Shown: positions 40,056 through 48,287 of the stretch, one piece after another
Numbering within the stretch: position 1 is the stretch's first letter
Layout of the letters: every line of letters begins with the position of its first letter
Assembly (NCBI GenBank): GCA_014764485.1
Contig: JACXWA010000120.1
Coordinates: 1-50,652 of the forward strand
Source of the DNA: Candidatus Sulfomarinibacter kjeldsenii
GTDB taxonomy: Bacteria > Acidobacteriota > Thermoanaerobaculia > Thermoanaerobaculales > Sulfomarinibacteraceae
Direction: 5' to 3'
DNA: 50,652 nt
The notes under the pieces: model-generated
Database searches by the model: none
Told to the model about the DNA's origin: nothing
What the model saw: the letters and a program-made list of their open reading frames with translations, nothing else
Position numbers and translations under genes: made by a program

Positions 40056-40505
40056 CTAATCTTTCACGGTCTTCTGTTCGGACAGCAAGTAGATGTTTTT
40101 GACCTTGGACTGTTTCAGAGCATCGAGCACCGCATCGACGTGCTCGTAGGGCACCTGTTCATCTGCCTTGATGATGAATTCTTTGTTCGGATCCCGCGCC
40201 ACCTCGGTGGAGGCGAATGTGACGACCTCCTCGGTGGTGCTGACCGGCAGTGACATCTCTTCACCTGTAGAAACCCGCACCGTCAACGGTGCAGTGATGT
40301 CGTCCGGCGGAGCGATCGAGATCACGGCTGCCTTTTCAGGAACCTTGCTCCGAATCCAAGTGTCCGGGAGATCCATCTTCGTTCTGTCCACCTCGACCTT
40401 GTAGGTGACGATAAAGAAGACCAATAACAAGAACACGATGTCCGCCATCGAGGCCGTGAAGATCTGTCCTGCAGGTTTGCGTTCTCTTCCGCGGATGAGT
40501 CCCAT
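40056..40505 (-). CDS. exbD: ExbD/TolR family protein
   Basis: SMADIVFLLLVFFIV; IKADEQVPY..V..VLD.L. Confidence 0.9.
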   Translation of the reverse strand: MGLIRGRERKPAGQIFTASMADIVFLLLVFFIVTYKVEVDRTKMDLPDTWIRSKVPEKAAVISIAPPDDITAPLTVRVSTGEEMSLPVSTTEEVVTFASTEVARDPNKEFIIKADEQVPYEHVDAVLDALKQSKVKNIYLLSEQKTVKD

Positions 40506-40519
40506 CTGCGGGCTCCCTT

Positions 40520-41176
40520 CTAGGCCTGGCCCTCGCCTCCCGAACCATATCGCTGGCTGTCCATCTCGGTGAAGGTCTCGACCAGCATGTTCGAGGCGGT
40601 CTCGATATCGCGCACAAAGCGGGTGATCTTGGTGGTGTACCAGTTGTAGACCAGCTGAGCGGGAATCGCGATGATGAGACCGGTGGCAGTTGTGATCAAC
40701 GCCTCCGAAATTCCGACAGCGACCGCCGCCGGGTTGGTGAGACCCTGCTCGGCAAGCGTCGCGAAGGACTTGATCATCCCGGCGACGGTGCCGAGGAAGC
40801 CAAGCATCGGTGCGACGTTGGCGGTCGTCGCCAACACACCGAGGCGCTTCTCGAGCCGATCAAGCTCATACAGCGCTGCGTTCTCAATGGTCTTCTCGAC
40901 GTCCTCACGGGCATGGCCGTAGCGCAGCAGGCCGGCCTTCATCACCGAGGCAACGGGGCCCTTGCTCTGCTCGCAGATTTTGATCGCTTCCTTGACATTC
41001 CGATTGACAAGCAATGCCTTTCGGATTTTTGTCAGGAAATCGCTGACGTTGATCTTCGCCTTTGAAAAGACGATAAATCGCTCGATAGCTACGGTCGCAG
41101 CCAGCACCGAGAAGAAAAGAAGCGGGTACATGAAGATCCCACCCTGGCGAAAATACTCTGCTACCTGTCCAGTCAC
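40520..41176 (-). CDS. exbB: MotA/TolQ/ExbB proton channel family protein
   Basis: GGIFMYPL, APMLGFLGTV.GMI..F, GISEALITTATGL.IAIP; GGAGGAGG RBS. Confidence 0.92.
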   Translation of the reverse strand: MTGQVAEYFRQGGIFMYPLLFFSVLAATVAIERFIVFSKAKINVSDFLTKIRKALLVNRNVKEAIKICEQSKGPVASVMKAGLLRYGHAREDVEKTIENAALYELDRLEKRLGVLATTANVAPMLGFLGTVAGMIKSFATLAEQGLTNPAAVAVGISEALITTATGLIIAIPAQLVYNWYTTKITRFVRDIETASNMLVETFTEMDSQRYGSGGEGQA

Positions 41177-41357
41177 GGCTATGCCTCCTCCTGGTTAGAG
41201 TCCTCAGGCAAGGATGAGTTCCAAACCCATCCGGGTTCTGTTCCTCATTGGTTCGAGGCGCTCAGCCAAACAGCCGATTACTCCGCGCCAATTCGGTTAT
41301 GTCGTGCCCCATTCGAGAATGAAAGGCAGGGCATCGTAGCATGAGCCCCAAGGGGCG

Positions 41358-41843
41358 TCAACGAGCTTTATTCCACGCTCCGAGATGGATGTGGGTGATG
41401 GCCACCGCCATGGCGTCCGCAGCGTCACTGGGTGGTTTATCATTGAGGGACAAAAGCCTCACCACCATATAGTTAACCTGTTGTTTTTCGGCCCGGCCGT
41501 GGCCGACGACTGCGGACTTGACCTCGGCGGGACTGTACGAAGAGACCTCGAGATCGAGTCCGCCGAGCACCGCCAGAATCACGCCCCGACTCTCGGCAAG
41601 CGCGAGGCCGGTCTTTGGATTGAGACCTAAAAACGAGGACTCCACCGCGGCACAGTCGGGTGCCAACTCCCCGACAACGTTGGCGAGGCGGTGCTGAAGA
41701 TCGGCCAACCGTCCGTGCCGGTGGTCGCCGCGCGGCCGGACAACGCCCGATTTCTCGAGCCGATAGCGATTTCCCTCGGCGATCACCAGTGCCCAACCAG
41801 TTGCTCTCGAACCGGGATCGATGCCGAGGACACGGACGCCCAT
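41358..41843 (-). CDS. ruvC: Crossover junction endodeoxyribonuclease RuvC
   Basis: LGIDPGS..TGW, AVE, RGV, VK..VVG.GRAEK.QV, DAADAMAVA..H. Confidence 0.96.
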   Translation of the reverse strand: MGVRVLGIDPGSRATGWALVIAEGNRYRLEKSGVVRPRGDHRHGRLADLQHRLANVVGELAPDCAAVESSFLGLNPKTGLALAESRGVILAVLGGLDLEVSSYSPAEVKSAVVGHGRAEKQQVNYMVVRLLSLNDKPPSDAADAMAVAITHIHLGAWNKAR

Positions 41844-41853
41844 GGTCCCCGGA

Positions 41854-42603
41854 TCAGCCCTCGGCCAGAATTTCGTCGTCGATGTCGAAGTTGGCCCAAA
41901 CGTTCTGCACGTCGTCGTGGTCGTCGAACGCTTCCATCAGACGAATCATCCGTTGTGCGGCCTTGCCTTCCAGTCGAGTAGTGCTCGACGGTTCCATTTC
42001 CATTTGTGCTGCTTCGACCACCAACCCCGCTGCCTCGATCTGGTCTTTGACCGTGTGCAGTTCGTCCGGTGCGGTGTAGATGCGGAAATAGTCGGTGTCG
42101 TCTGTGTCGAGATCTTCAGCGCCGGCCTCGAGGGCCAGCTCTAGGAATTCGTCTTCGTCAAGTTCTTCCGAGCGGGGAACCAGAATCATGCCTTTACGGG
42201 TAAAGAGCCACGAGACGCAGCCGTTTTCCCCGAGATTTCCTCCGTATCTCGTAAAGAGGTGGCGGATCTCCGGAGTTGTCCGATTGCGATTGTCGGTGAG
42301 CAACTCCAACATCACCGCGACTCCGCCGGGACCGTAGCCCTCAAAGCTGATCTCCTCGTATGACACACCATCGAGCACTCCGGTGCCGCGATCGATGGCA
42401 CGCTTAATGTTGTCGGCGGGCATGTTGGCCGCCTTGGCCGCGGCGACCGCGGCGCGGAGTCGGGGATTGCTGTCCGGGTCGCCACCCGCCTCGCGAGCCG
42501 CGACTGTGATCTCACGGATGATCTTGGTAAAGACCTTGCCGCGCTTGGCGTCGGCCCGCCCCTTCTTGTGCTTGATCGTGCTCCACTTACTGTGACCCGA
42601 CAT
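41854..42603 (-). CDS. yebC: YebC/PmpR family protein
   Basis: MSGHSKWSTIKHKK, NPRLR, EGYGPGG, TDNRNRT, DDVQNVW.N. Confidence 0.96.
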   Translation of the reverse strand: MSGHSKWSTIKHKKGRADAKRGKVFTKIIREITVAAREAGGDPDSNPRLRAAVAAAKAANMPADNIKRAIDRGTGVLDGVSYEEISFEGYGPGGVAVMLELLTDNRNRTTPEIRHLFTRYGGNLGENGCVSWLFTRKGMILVPRSEELDEDEFLELALEAGAEDLDTDDTDYFRIYTAPDELHTVKDQIEAAGLVVEAAQMEMEPSSTTRLEGKAAQRMIRLMEAFDDHDDVQNVWANFDIDDEILAEG

Positions 42604-42995
42604 GAGGCCTCCCAACGCCTCCGCAGGGTAGCTGGCTATAGGCCTGCGGAGGTGGGCGCATTATAGCCCGCATGTTTGACGAACAATCCACTGTGGCTAA
42701 ATATGCGCAGCAATCTGGGGCGGTTCTTCCCGTCGGGTTACGCGCCGCCTCCGTCGCCGCCGCTCATGGGCATTGGAGAACAATCCGTCATCGCGGTGCT
42801 TTGAGTCCAAACCCGTGACGCATGCAACGGACTACGCTGGAAATCCGCCCCGGCCTTGGGGTTGCACACGCAACCGTTCACTACGCCATCTTTGCCTCGC
42901 AAGGAAAGCTCCTGAGATATGCGGACCGGTGTCCTACACCTTCCGCGCGGTTGGTGAGGGTGTTCGAATACCCGATGGCGAGGCGTCAGCCTCGG

Positions 42996-43023
42996 TTGAC
43001 TTTGCACACCCGTCACCGATAAT
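42996..43023 (+). promoter_or_regulatory. Putative sigma-70 promoter of the kinase gene
   Basis: TTGACT-N16-GATAAT, 44 nt upstream of ATG 43068. Confidence 0.55.
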
Positions 43024-43067
43024 GAGGTCAGGACTCTTCGGTCAACGGAGAGATAGAGGGCGATTCA

Positions 43068-45941
43068 ATGAACGCGAGCATTTTAGTTATCGAATACGAA
43101 CCGCGTTACGTGGAACACCTGCGCGAAGCGCTTGCAGGGCCTGATTTTCATCTCGAAATCGCCGGCAATCTAGATGACGCGGTGAATCTCTGCGCTTCCT
43201 TCGAACCCGCCGTCGTCATCATCAATTCCGTTCTCCCCAATCTCAATATTGAGGATGCCATCACGCAACTTCGTGCTCGCGCAGGTTTGCGTGCGACCCC
43301 GTTTCTCATCCTGATGTCTGGTTATCGTGGAGAGACACCAAAAGAGGACGCGGTCCAATACGGTGCGCAGGACATTCTCGAGCGTCCATTCGGAGCGGAT
43401 GCTCTTCGTGAGCGTGTCGAGGAACTGATTCGGATCACACCCGATCCGGCTGCCACCCAGGCCATCCCGCAGGAGATGCTCGAGACTCTTCGCCGCAGCG
43501 CAGGCCTGTCTGACAGAGAGGCTCCCGTGACCTCTGACGACTTATTCGGGGACATTCTTTCAGACATGGAGGGGGGCGAACAACAGCCGGTGCAGGCGCC
43601 ACCCGAGATCACGACACCGCCGGTGGCCGAAGAATCCACCGAGGACTCGTCGCTCAACGAGGCACTTGCCGATATTCTTGAACCCGAAAAAGGAACCAAG
43701 CTGCGCACGACCAAGTCGACCGACGAGGAAGTGGACAAGCTGCTTTCAGATACCTTGTCCGGGCTCGATATTGCTGCCCTCAGGAAAAAACCGGTCGAGG
43801 CGGAACCCGTGGCGCAATCTGCCACCCCGACCTCACCTCCACAGGAAACCGAGAAACCGGCGGCTCCGCCGACCCCATCTGAACCTCCGGAGTCGTTACC
43901 GCCGGTTGAGGAGCCGGTTCCCGAGGAGAAACCGACGCATGTGACACCGCTTCCGGCGAAGCCTCCGCGGAAGAAGCCCCCTGGGCGGAAACCGCCGGCA
44001 GAGTCTGCGCCGCCAGACGCGTCTGAGAGCCCCGCGCCATCGGGCTCCGAGTTTGGCCAGTACGTTATCGAGGAGCATATCGCCACCGGTGGCATGGCTG
44101 ACGTTTACAAGGCCCGAATGATGGGCATGGAAGGGTTCCAGAAGACAGTTGCCATCAAGCGCATTCTCGGCAACCTCACTGACAGCGACGAATTTGTCCG
44201 CATGTTCATCGATGAGGCCAAGCTCGCCGCTCAACTCAATCACAACAACATCATCCATATCTACGACCTCGGAAAGGTCGATCGATCGCACTACATCGCG
44301 ATGGAGTACATCGAAGGACACGATCTTCGCTCAATTCTCGAATTGTGTCGTCAACGTGATGTGAAAATGCCGATCGAAGTCGCCCTCTACGTCACCAATC
44401 TGCTGGCATCGGCTCTCGACTATGCGCACAAGAAGCACGATTTTGAAGATCGAGCACTCGGGCTGGTTCACCGGGACGTGTCGCCCCAGAACGTCCTCAT
44501 CTCGTTCGATGGCGACATCAAGCTCTGCGATTTCGGCATCGCAAAAGCGGCCTCCAAGGCGTCTCAGACACGCTCTGGCGCGCTGAAGGGCAAGCTCCAG
44601 TACATGTCACCGGAGCAGGCGTGGGGTAAGGATATCGACCACAGGTCGGATATCTTTTCACTCGGCCTGGTGCTCTTCGAAATGCTGACAAACGAAAAAG
44701 TCTTCTCCGGCACGTCCGAGCTGTCGGTGCTCGAGCAGGTGCGAGACCCGATCATCACCGCACCGTCGATGAAAAACGCAGACGTCGACTCCGAGGTTGA
44801 TCGAATCATATTCCTCGCGTTGAGTGCTGAGCGTGATGAACGGTATCAGTCAGCTGAAGATCTCCAACGTGATCTTGAAAAGGTCATGCGCAAAAAAGGA
44901 TGGTCTGTCGATCGTTCGAATCTGGTTGCTTTCCTCGAAAGCCTCGATTCAGGGCGCCAGGTTCAGCCGGTCGCCGACGACGCATCCGTGACGCCGGTAC
45001 AGTCGGCCCCACCATCGGAGCCGCCACCGCCAGTCCCTCCCATCGAGCCGCCTGTTGAAGCCACTCCGGTGCCTCCACCAGCGGTAGAGCCTGAAGTTTT
45101 GCTTGCAGAGAATGATGGCCTCGATGGAGTCCTCTCTGTGACGCCGCCGATTTCAAGGAGTGCGGAATCCGGGATCGATGATTCCGGTTTCGGGCTCAAG
45201 AACGCAGCTGCCGGCGGCAATAAAAAGCGGTTATGGGTGGCGTTCGGCGCTTTGGCAGTGGTGTTGGCTGCGGCTGGGGGCTGGTTCTTCTTCGGTCGCG
45301 GAGGGCTCGAATCATCTCCGAGTTCGAGGGCTGTTCCAATCACGATTCCGGCAACCGAAACTCCTACACCGGAACCAACCGTGGGTTTGATGTCTGATCA
45401 GGAGTTGATCGAGAGAGCTCGAGAGGTTGCGGCTGCGGAGATCACCAAGCAAGAGGAAGAACTCCGCAAGCGCCTCGAAGAAGAGTTCCCAACACCGACA
45501 CCGATACCACCGACGCCGACGCCAACCGAAACTTCAACGCCCCTTCCGACCGACACACCGACACCGATTCCACCGACGCCGACCTCACCACCGCCGACGG
45601 CCACTCCGATTCCGCCGACTCCGACACCGTCGGTTCGCGAGGGTGACATTGTTGTCCCGGGCCCAGGCGTCATTCCGCCGGTGATAATTTACCGGGAACC
45701 ACCGAGGTATCCACCGGCAGCTCAGAGAATGGGTGAGTCCGGAGTAGTGGAAGCCGAGGCCTTGGTCGGAATCAACGGTGTAGTGGAGCAGGTTCGAATA
45801 ACCAAAGTCGAAGGCCGAAGTCTGGGATTTGAAAAGGCGGCCGAAGAAGCGATCTTCAAGGGTCGCTACAAACCAGCTACCAAGGGTGGGATCAAAGTCC
45901 GGGTGTGGGTGACGATCCGGGTGCCCTTCCAACTCGAATAG
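43068..45941 (+). CDS. Pseudo-receiver - Ser/Thr protein kinase - TM - TonB C-terminal domain fusion
   Basis: REC-like N-terminus; Hanks kinase GGMADVY, VAIK, HRDVSPQN, DFGIAK, YMSPEQ; one TM; PT-rich linker; TonB-C PRYPPAAQRMG..GVV...YKPAT..G..V. Confidence 0.9.
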   Translation: MNASILVIEYEPRYVEHLREALAGPDFHLEIAGNLDDAVNLCASFEPAVVIINSVLPNLNIEDAITQLRARAGLRATPFLILMSGYRGETPKEDAVQYGAQDILERPFGADALRERVEELIRITPDPAATQAIPQEMLETLRRSAGLSDREAPVTSDDLFGDILSDMEGGEQQPVQAPPEITTPPVAEESTEDSSLNEALADILEPEKGTKLRTTKSTDEEVDKLLSDTLSGLDIAALRKKPVEAEPVAQSATPTSPPQETEKPAAPPTPSEPPESLPPVEEPVPEEKPTHVTPLPAKPPRKKPPGRKPPAESAPPDASESPAPSGSEFGQYVIEEHIATGGMADVYKARMMGMEGFQKTVAIKRILGNLTDSDEFVRMFIDEAKLAAQLNHNNIIHIYDLGKVDRSHYIAMEYIEGHDLRSILELCRQRDVKMPIEVALYVTNLLASALDYAHKKHDFEDRALGLVHRDVSPQNVLISFDGDIKLCDFGIAKAASKASQTRSGALKGKLQYMSPEQAWGKDIDHRSDIFSLGLVLFEMLTNEKVFSGTSELSVLEQVRDPIITAPSMKNADVDSEVDRIIFLALSAERDERYQSAEDLQRDLEKVMRKKGWSVDRSNLVAFLESLDSGRQVQPVADDASVTPVQSAPPSEPPPPVPPIEPPVEATPVPPPAVEPEVLLAENDGLDGVLSVTPPISRSAESGIDDSGFGLKNAAAGGNKKRLWVAFGALAVVLAAAGGWFFFGRGGLESSPSSRAVPITIPATETPTPEPTVGLMSDQELIERAREVAAAEITKQEEELRKRLEEEFPTPTPIPPTPTPTETSTPLPTDTPTPIPPTPTSPPPTATPIPPTPTPSVREGDIVVPGPGVIPPVIIYREPPRYPPAAQRMGESGVVEAEALVGINGVVEQVRITKVEGRSLGFEKAAEEAIFKGRYKPATKGGIKVRVWVTIRVPFQLE
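45490..45630 (+). repeat. Coding low-complexity Pro/Thr repeat (PTPTPIPPTPT...)
   Basis: Repeated CCGAC(A/G)/CCAAC units encoding the extracytoplasmic linker. Confidence 0.8.
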
Positions 45942-45956
45942 ACCATGGGGGAAAAC

Positions 45957-46184
45957 ATGTCCGGATTGACTGATGCGCAGAAGAAATTCTACGAAGATGC
46001 ACTAGAACAAACGAAGACAGAAATTCAGGACCTCGAGGGTCAGATCCAGGTAGAACTCGGGAAGGTCAAAGAGACGATTGCCGAACTACAAAATGCGCAG
46101 AAAGCCGCCAGGCAAATGTACGACGCCGCCTGCCAGCGGCTCGGGATACCCAACGACCTCGAGAACGACGAGTCGGGAAGCTGA
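45957..46184 (+). CDS. Small coiled-coil hypothetical protein
   Basis: 75 aa heptad-rich helix; purine-rich RBS; alternative start 45945. Confidence 0.75.
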   Translation: MSGLTDAQKKFYEDALEQTKTEIQDLEGQIQVELGKVKETIAELQNAQKAARQMYDAACQRLGIPNDLENDESGS

Positions 46185-46302
46185 AGGCCCGGCATCGCGG
46201 AGCCGAACATTAGCGATGCCCGGGTTGACGTATTGAGGGCCGATCACCCGACGTCTTGATACCAATCGGGTCGGACGCGGCCGCGGAGAGACGGAGCTAT
46301 CG

Positions 46303-47103
46303 ATGGCCAATGACAAGAGCAGGTCTCAGGGTCTGTGGATCAAGTGTTCCGATTGCGGAGAGATCCTTTATCACCGCGAGGTGACCGGCAATCACCACGT
46401 TTGCCCACGCTGCGGGTACCATTTCAGGATTTCGGCGGAGCTGCGTTTCAAGATGTTTTTCGACAACGGAAAGTACAAGCGTCTTTTTGGCAAGATCCGT
46501 TCGTCTGATCCACTTGGCTTCGTTGACTCCAAACCGTACGCGGACCGGCTCAAGATCTACAACAAGAAGTTTAACGGTACTGACGCCGTGGTGGTCGCCC
46601 AGGGTGAGATCAACAAAATTCCGACGGTCATTGCGGCCATGGAATATGGATTCATGGGTGGTTCGATGGGCTCTGCGGTAGGAGAGAAACTGACCCGAGC
46701 CGTCGAACGATGCCTCGATCGAAAATTACCGTTGATCATAGTTTCATGCTCGGGCGGCGCGCGTATGCAGGAGGGGATCCTGTCTTTGATGCAGCTGGGG
46801 AAGGTTTCGGCGGCGCTTGCCCGACTGCGAGGCAAACGTCTCCCATATATTTCGGTGCTCACCGATCCAACCACGGGTGGTGTGACAGCGAGTTACGCGA
46901 TGCTCGGCGATCTCAACATTGCCGAACCAGGTGCCCTGATAGGGTTTGCCGGTCCGCGGGTCATCGAACAGACCATTCGCCAGACGCTGCCCGAAGGTTT
47001 CCAGCGCTCCGAGTTCCTTGTCGAACATGGCATGTTGGACATGGTAGTCCCACGACCCGAGCTCAAGGACACCGTCGCCCGATGCCTGTCGATGCTGCGG
47101 TGA
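46303..47103 (+). CDS. accD: Acetyl-CoA carboxylase carboxyltransferase beta subunit
   Basis: LWIKCSDC..VCPRCGYH zinc finger, FMGGSMG, SGGARMQEG, PTTGGV.AS, GFAGPRVIEQT. Confidence 0.97.
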   Translation: MANDKSRSQGLWIKCSDCGEILYHREVTGNHHVCPRCGYHFRISAELRFKMFFDNGKYKRLFGKIRSSDPLGFVDSKPYADRLKIYNKKFNGTDAVVVAQGEINKIPTVIAAMEYGFMGGSMGSAVGEKLTRAVERCLDRKLPLIIVSCSGGARMQEGILSLMQLGKVSAALARLRGKRLPYISVLTDPTTGGVTASYAMLGDLNIAEPGALIGFAGPRVIEQTIRQTLPEGFQRSEFLVEHGMLDMVVPRPELKDTVARCLSMLR

Positions 47104-48287
47104 AACTCAGGCCCCGATCTGTGGGCCGAATTCGGCCCGAGCTGGACGAGTTGCGGCGGGTACTCGCGGAGCGTGGCAACCCGCAACTGGACTTCCCCTC
47201 GATCCTGGTTGTTGGCACCAATGGAAAAGGTTCGACAGTAGCGATGCTCGAGGCCTTGCTCCGCACCCATGGCCTCGGTACGGGCCTTTTCACGTCACCC
47301 CATCTCGTACGGATCGAGGAGCGGGTGCGATTGAACGGTGTCCCGGTTGCCGAGACGGTGCTCGAATCGGCAATTGCATATTTTGACGAGTATCCGGACC
47401 TCACCTACTTTGAGACTATGACGGCGGCCGCTTTTGTCATTTTCTCCGAAGCACAGGTCGACGTGGCTGTTCTCGAAGCCGGGATGGGCGGGTCGTGGGA
47501 CGCTACCCGGCTGGCTGAAAGCGCGATTGCCGGTCTCACCAATATCGGCAGCGATCACGCAGGGTGGCTCGGCGCTGAACCGACCGAGGTTGCCCGAGAC
47601 AAGGGACGTGCATTGGTGGCCGCTGAAAAGGCGGTGATCGGATCTGGGGTGGATGACGATCTGGTGGATTGGCTCGGAGCGCCGGCGGCACAGCCTGCGC
47701 GATCGCTTGTCAGGTGCACGGATGCGGGCGGGGGCCGGGTTTCAATGAGCTGGGACGGCCGCGCCTCGAATGTCCGCATGCCTCTTGCCGGGGCCTATCA
47801 ATGTGACAACCTCGAACTTGCCATGGCGCTGGCCCTTGAAGCCGCGAACGCGGGTTGGGTGAGCCCGATCGAACCCCCCCGAATTCAAGTAGCACTCGAT
47901 GGACTGAGCTGGCCCGGCCGCCTTAGCGTTCACCGGTTTAAGGGGCGCGAAGTGCTGACCGATTGTGCACACAATCTCGAGGCTGCGAGAGCTCTGGCCG
48001 AACATCTTGATGAGCTCGAATGCCGCTACAACCTTCTTTTTTCCTGTCTCGACGACAAGCCGGTCGAGGCGATTGCGGAGATTCTCAAAGATCGTGTCGA
48101 TGAAGTGGTGGTCTGCCGGCTGGATGATGAGCGGGCGATGCCGCTCGAGCGCCTTGCTGCGGCCTTCCCCGGTGCCGAGGTTGCAGAAAACCCTCAATCT
48201 GGTCTCGATCGCACGCGCGATCCGGTTTTGGTGGCCGGGAGTATTCGGTTGGTTGGCGCTATTCTGGCGCTGGTGGAGAGGGCGTGA
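47100..48287 (+). CDS. folC: Folylpolyglutamate synthase/dihydrofolate synthase
   Basis: Start re-called at GTG 47100 overlapping accD stop; VGTNGKGST, FTSPHL..ER, TYFE, EAGMGG..DAT, WPGR, DCAHN. Confidence 0.92.
   Translation: MKLRPRSVGRIRPELDELRRVLAERGNPQLDFPSILVVGTNGKGSTVAMLEALLRTHGLGTGLFTSPHLVRIEERVRLNGVPVAETVLESAIAYFDEYPDLTYFETMTAAAFVIFSEAQVDVAVLEAGMGGSWDATRLAESAIAGLTNIGSDHAGWLGAEPTEVARDKGRALVAAEKAVIGSGVDDDLVDWLGAPAAQPARSLVRCTDAGGGRVSMSWDGRASNVRMPLAGAYQCDNLELAMALALEAANAGWVSPIEPPRIQVALDGLSWPGRLSVHRFKGREVLTDCAHNLEAARALAEHLDELECRYNLLFSCLDDKPVEAIAEILKDRVDEVVVCRLDDERAMPLERLAAAFPGAEVAENPQSGLDRTRDPVLVAGSIRLVGAILALVERA

Noticed and set aside
41309-41325. CATTC-GA-GAATG palindrome as a Fur box for the exbB operon
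   Set aside because: Too short and too weak a match to the Fur consensus
45490-45630. Tandem repeats as a VNTR or mobile element
   Set aside because: They are explained by a Pro/Thr coding linker with synonymous variation
46710-47099. Apparent 130-aa N-terminal extension of FolC; likewise the track extensions of cysK, pta, gntR and the 19318 DUF4388 gene
   Set aside because: The extensions overlap neighbouring genes or promoters; downstream starts have better RBS or -10 support
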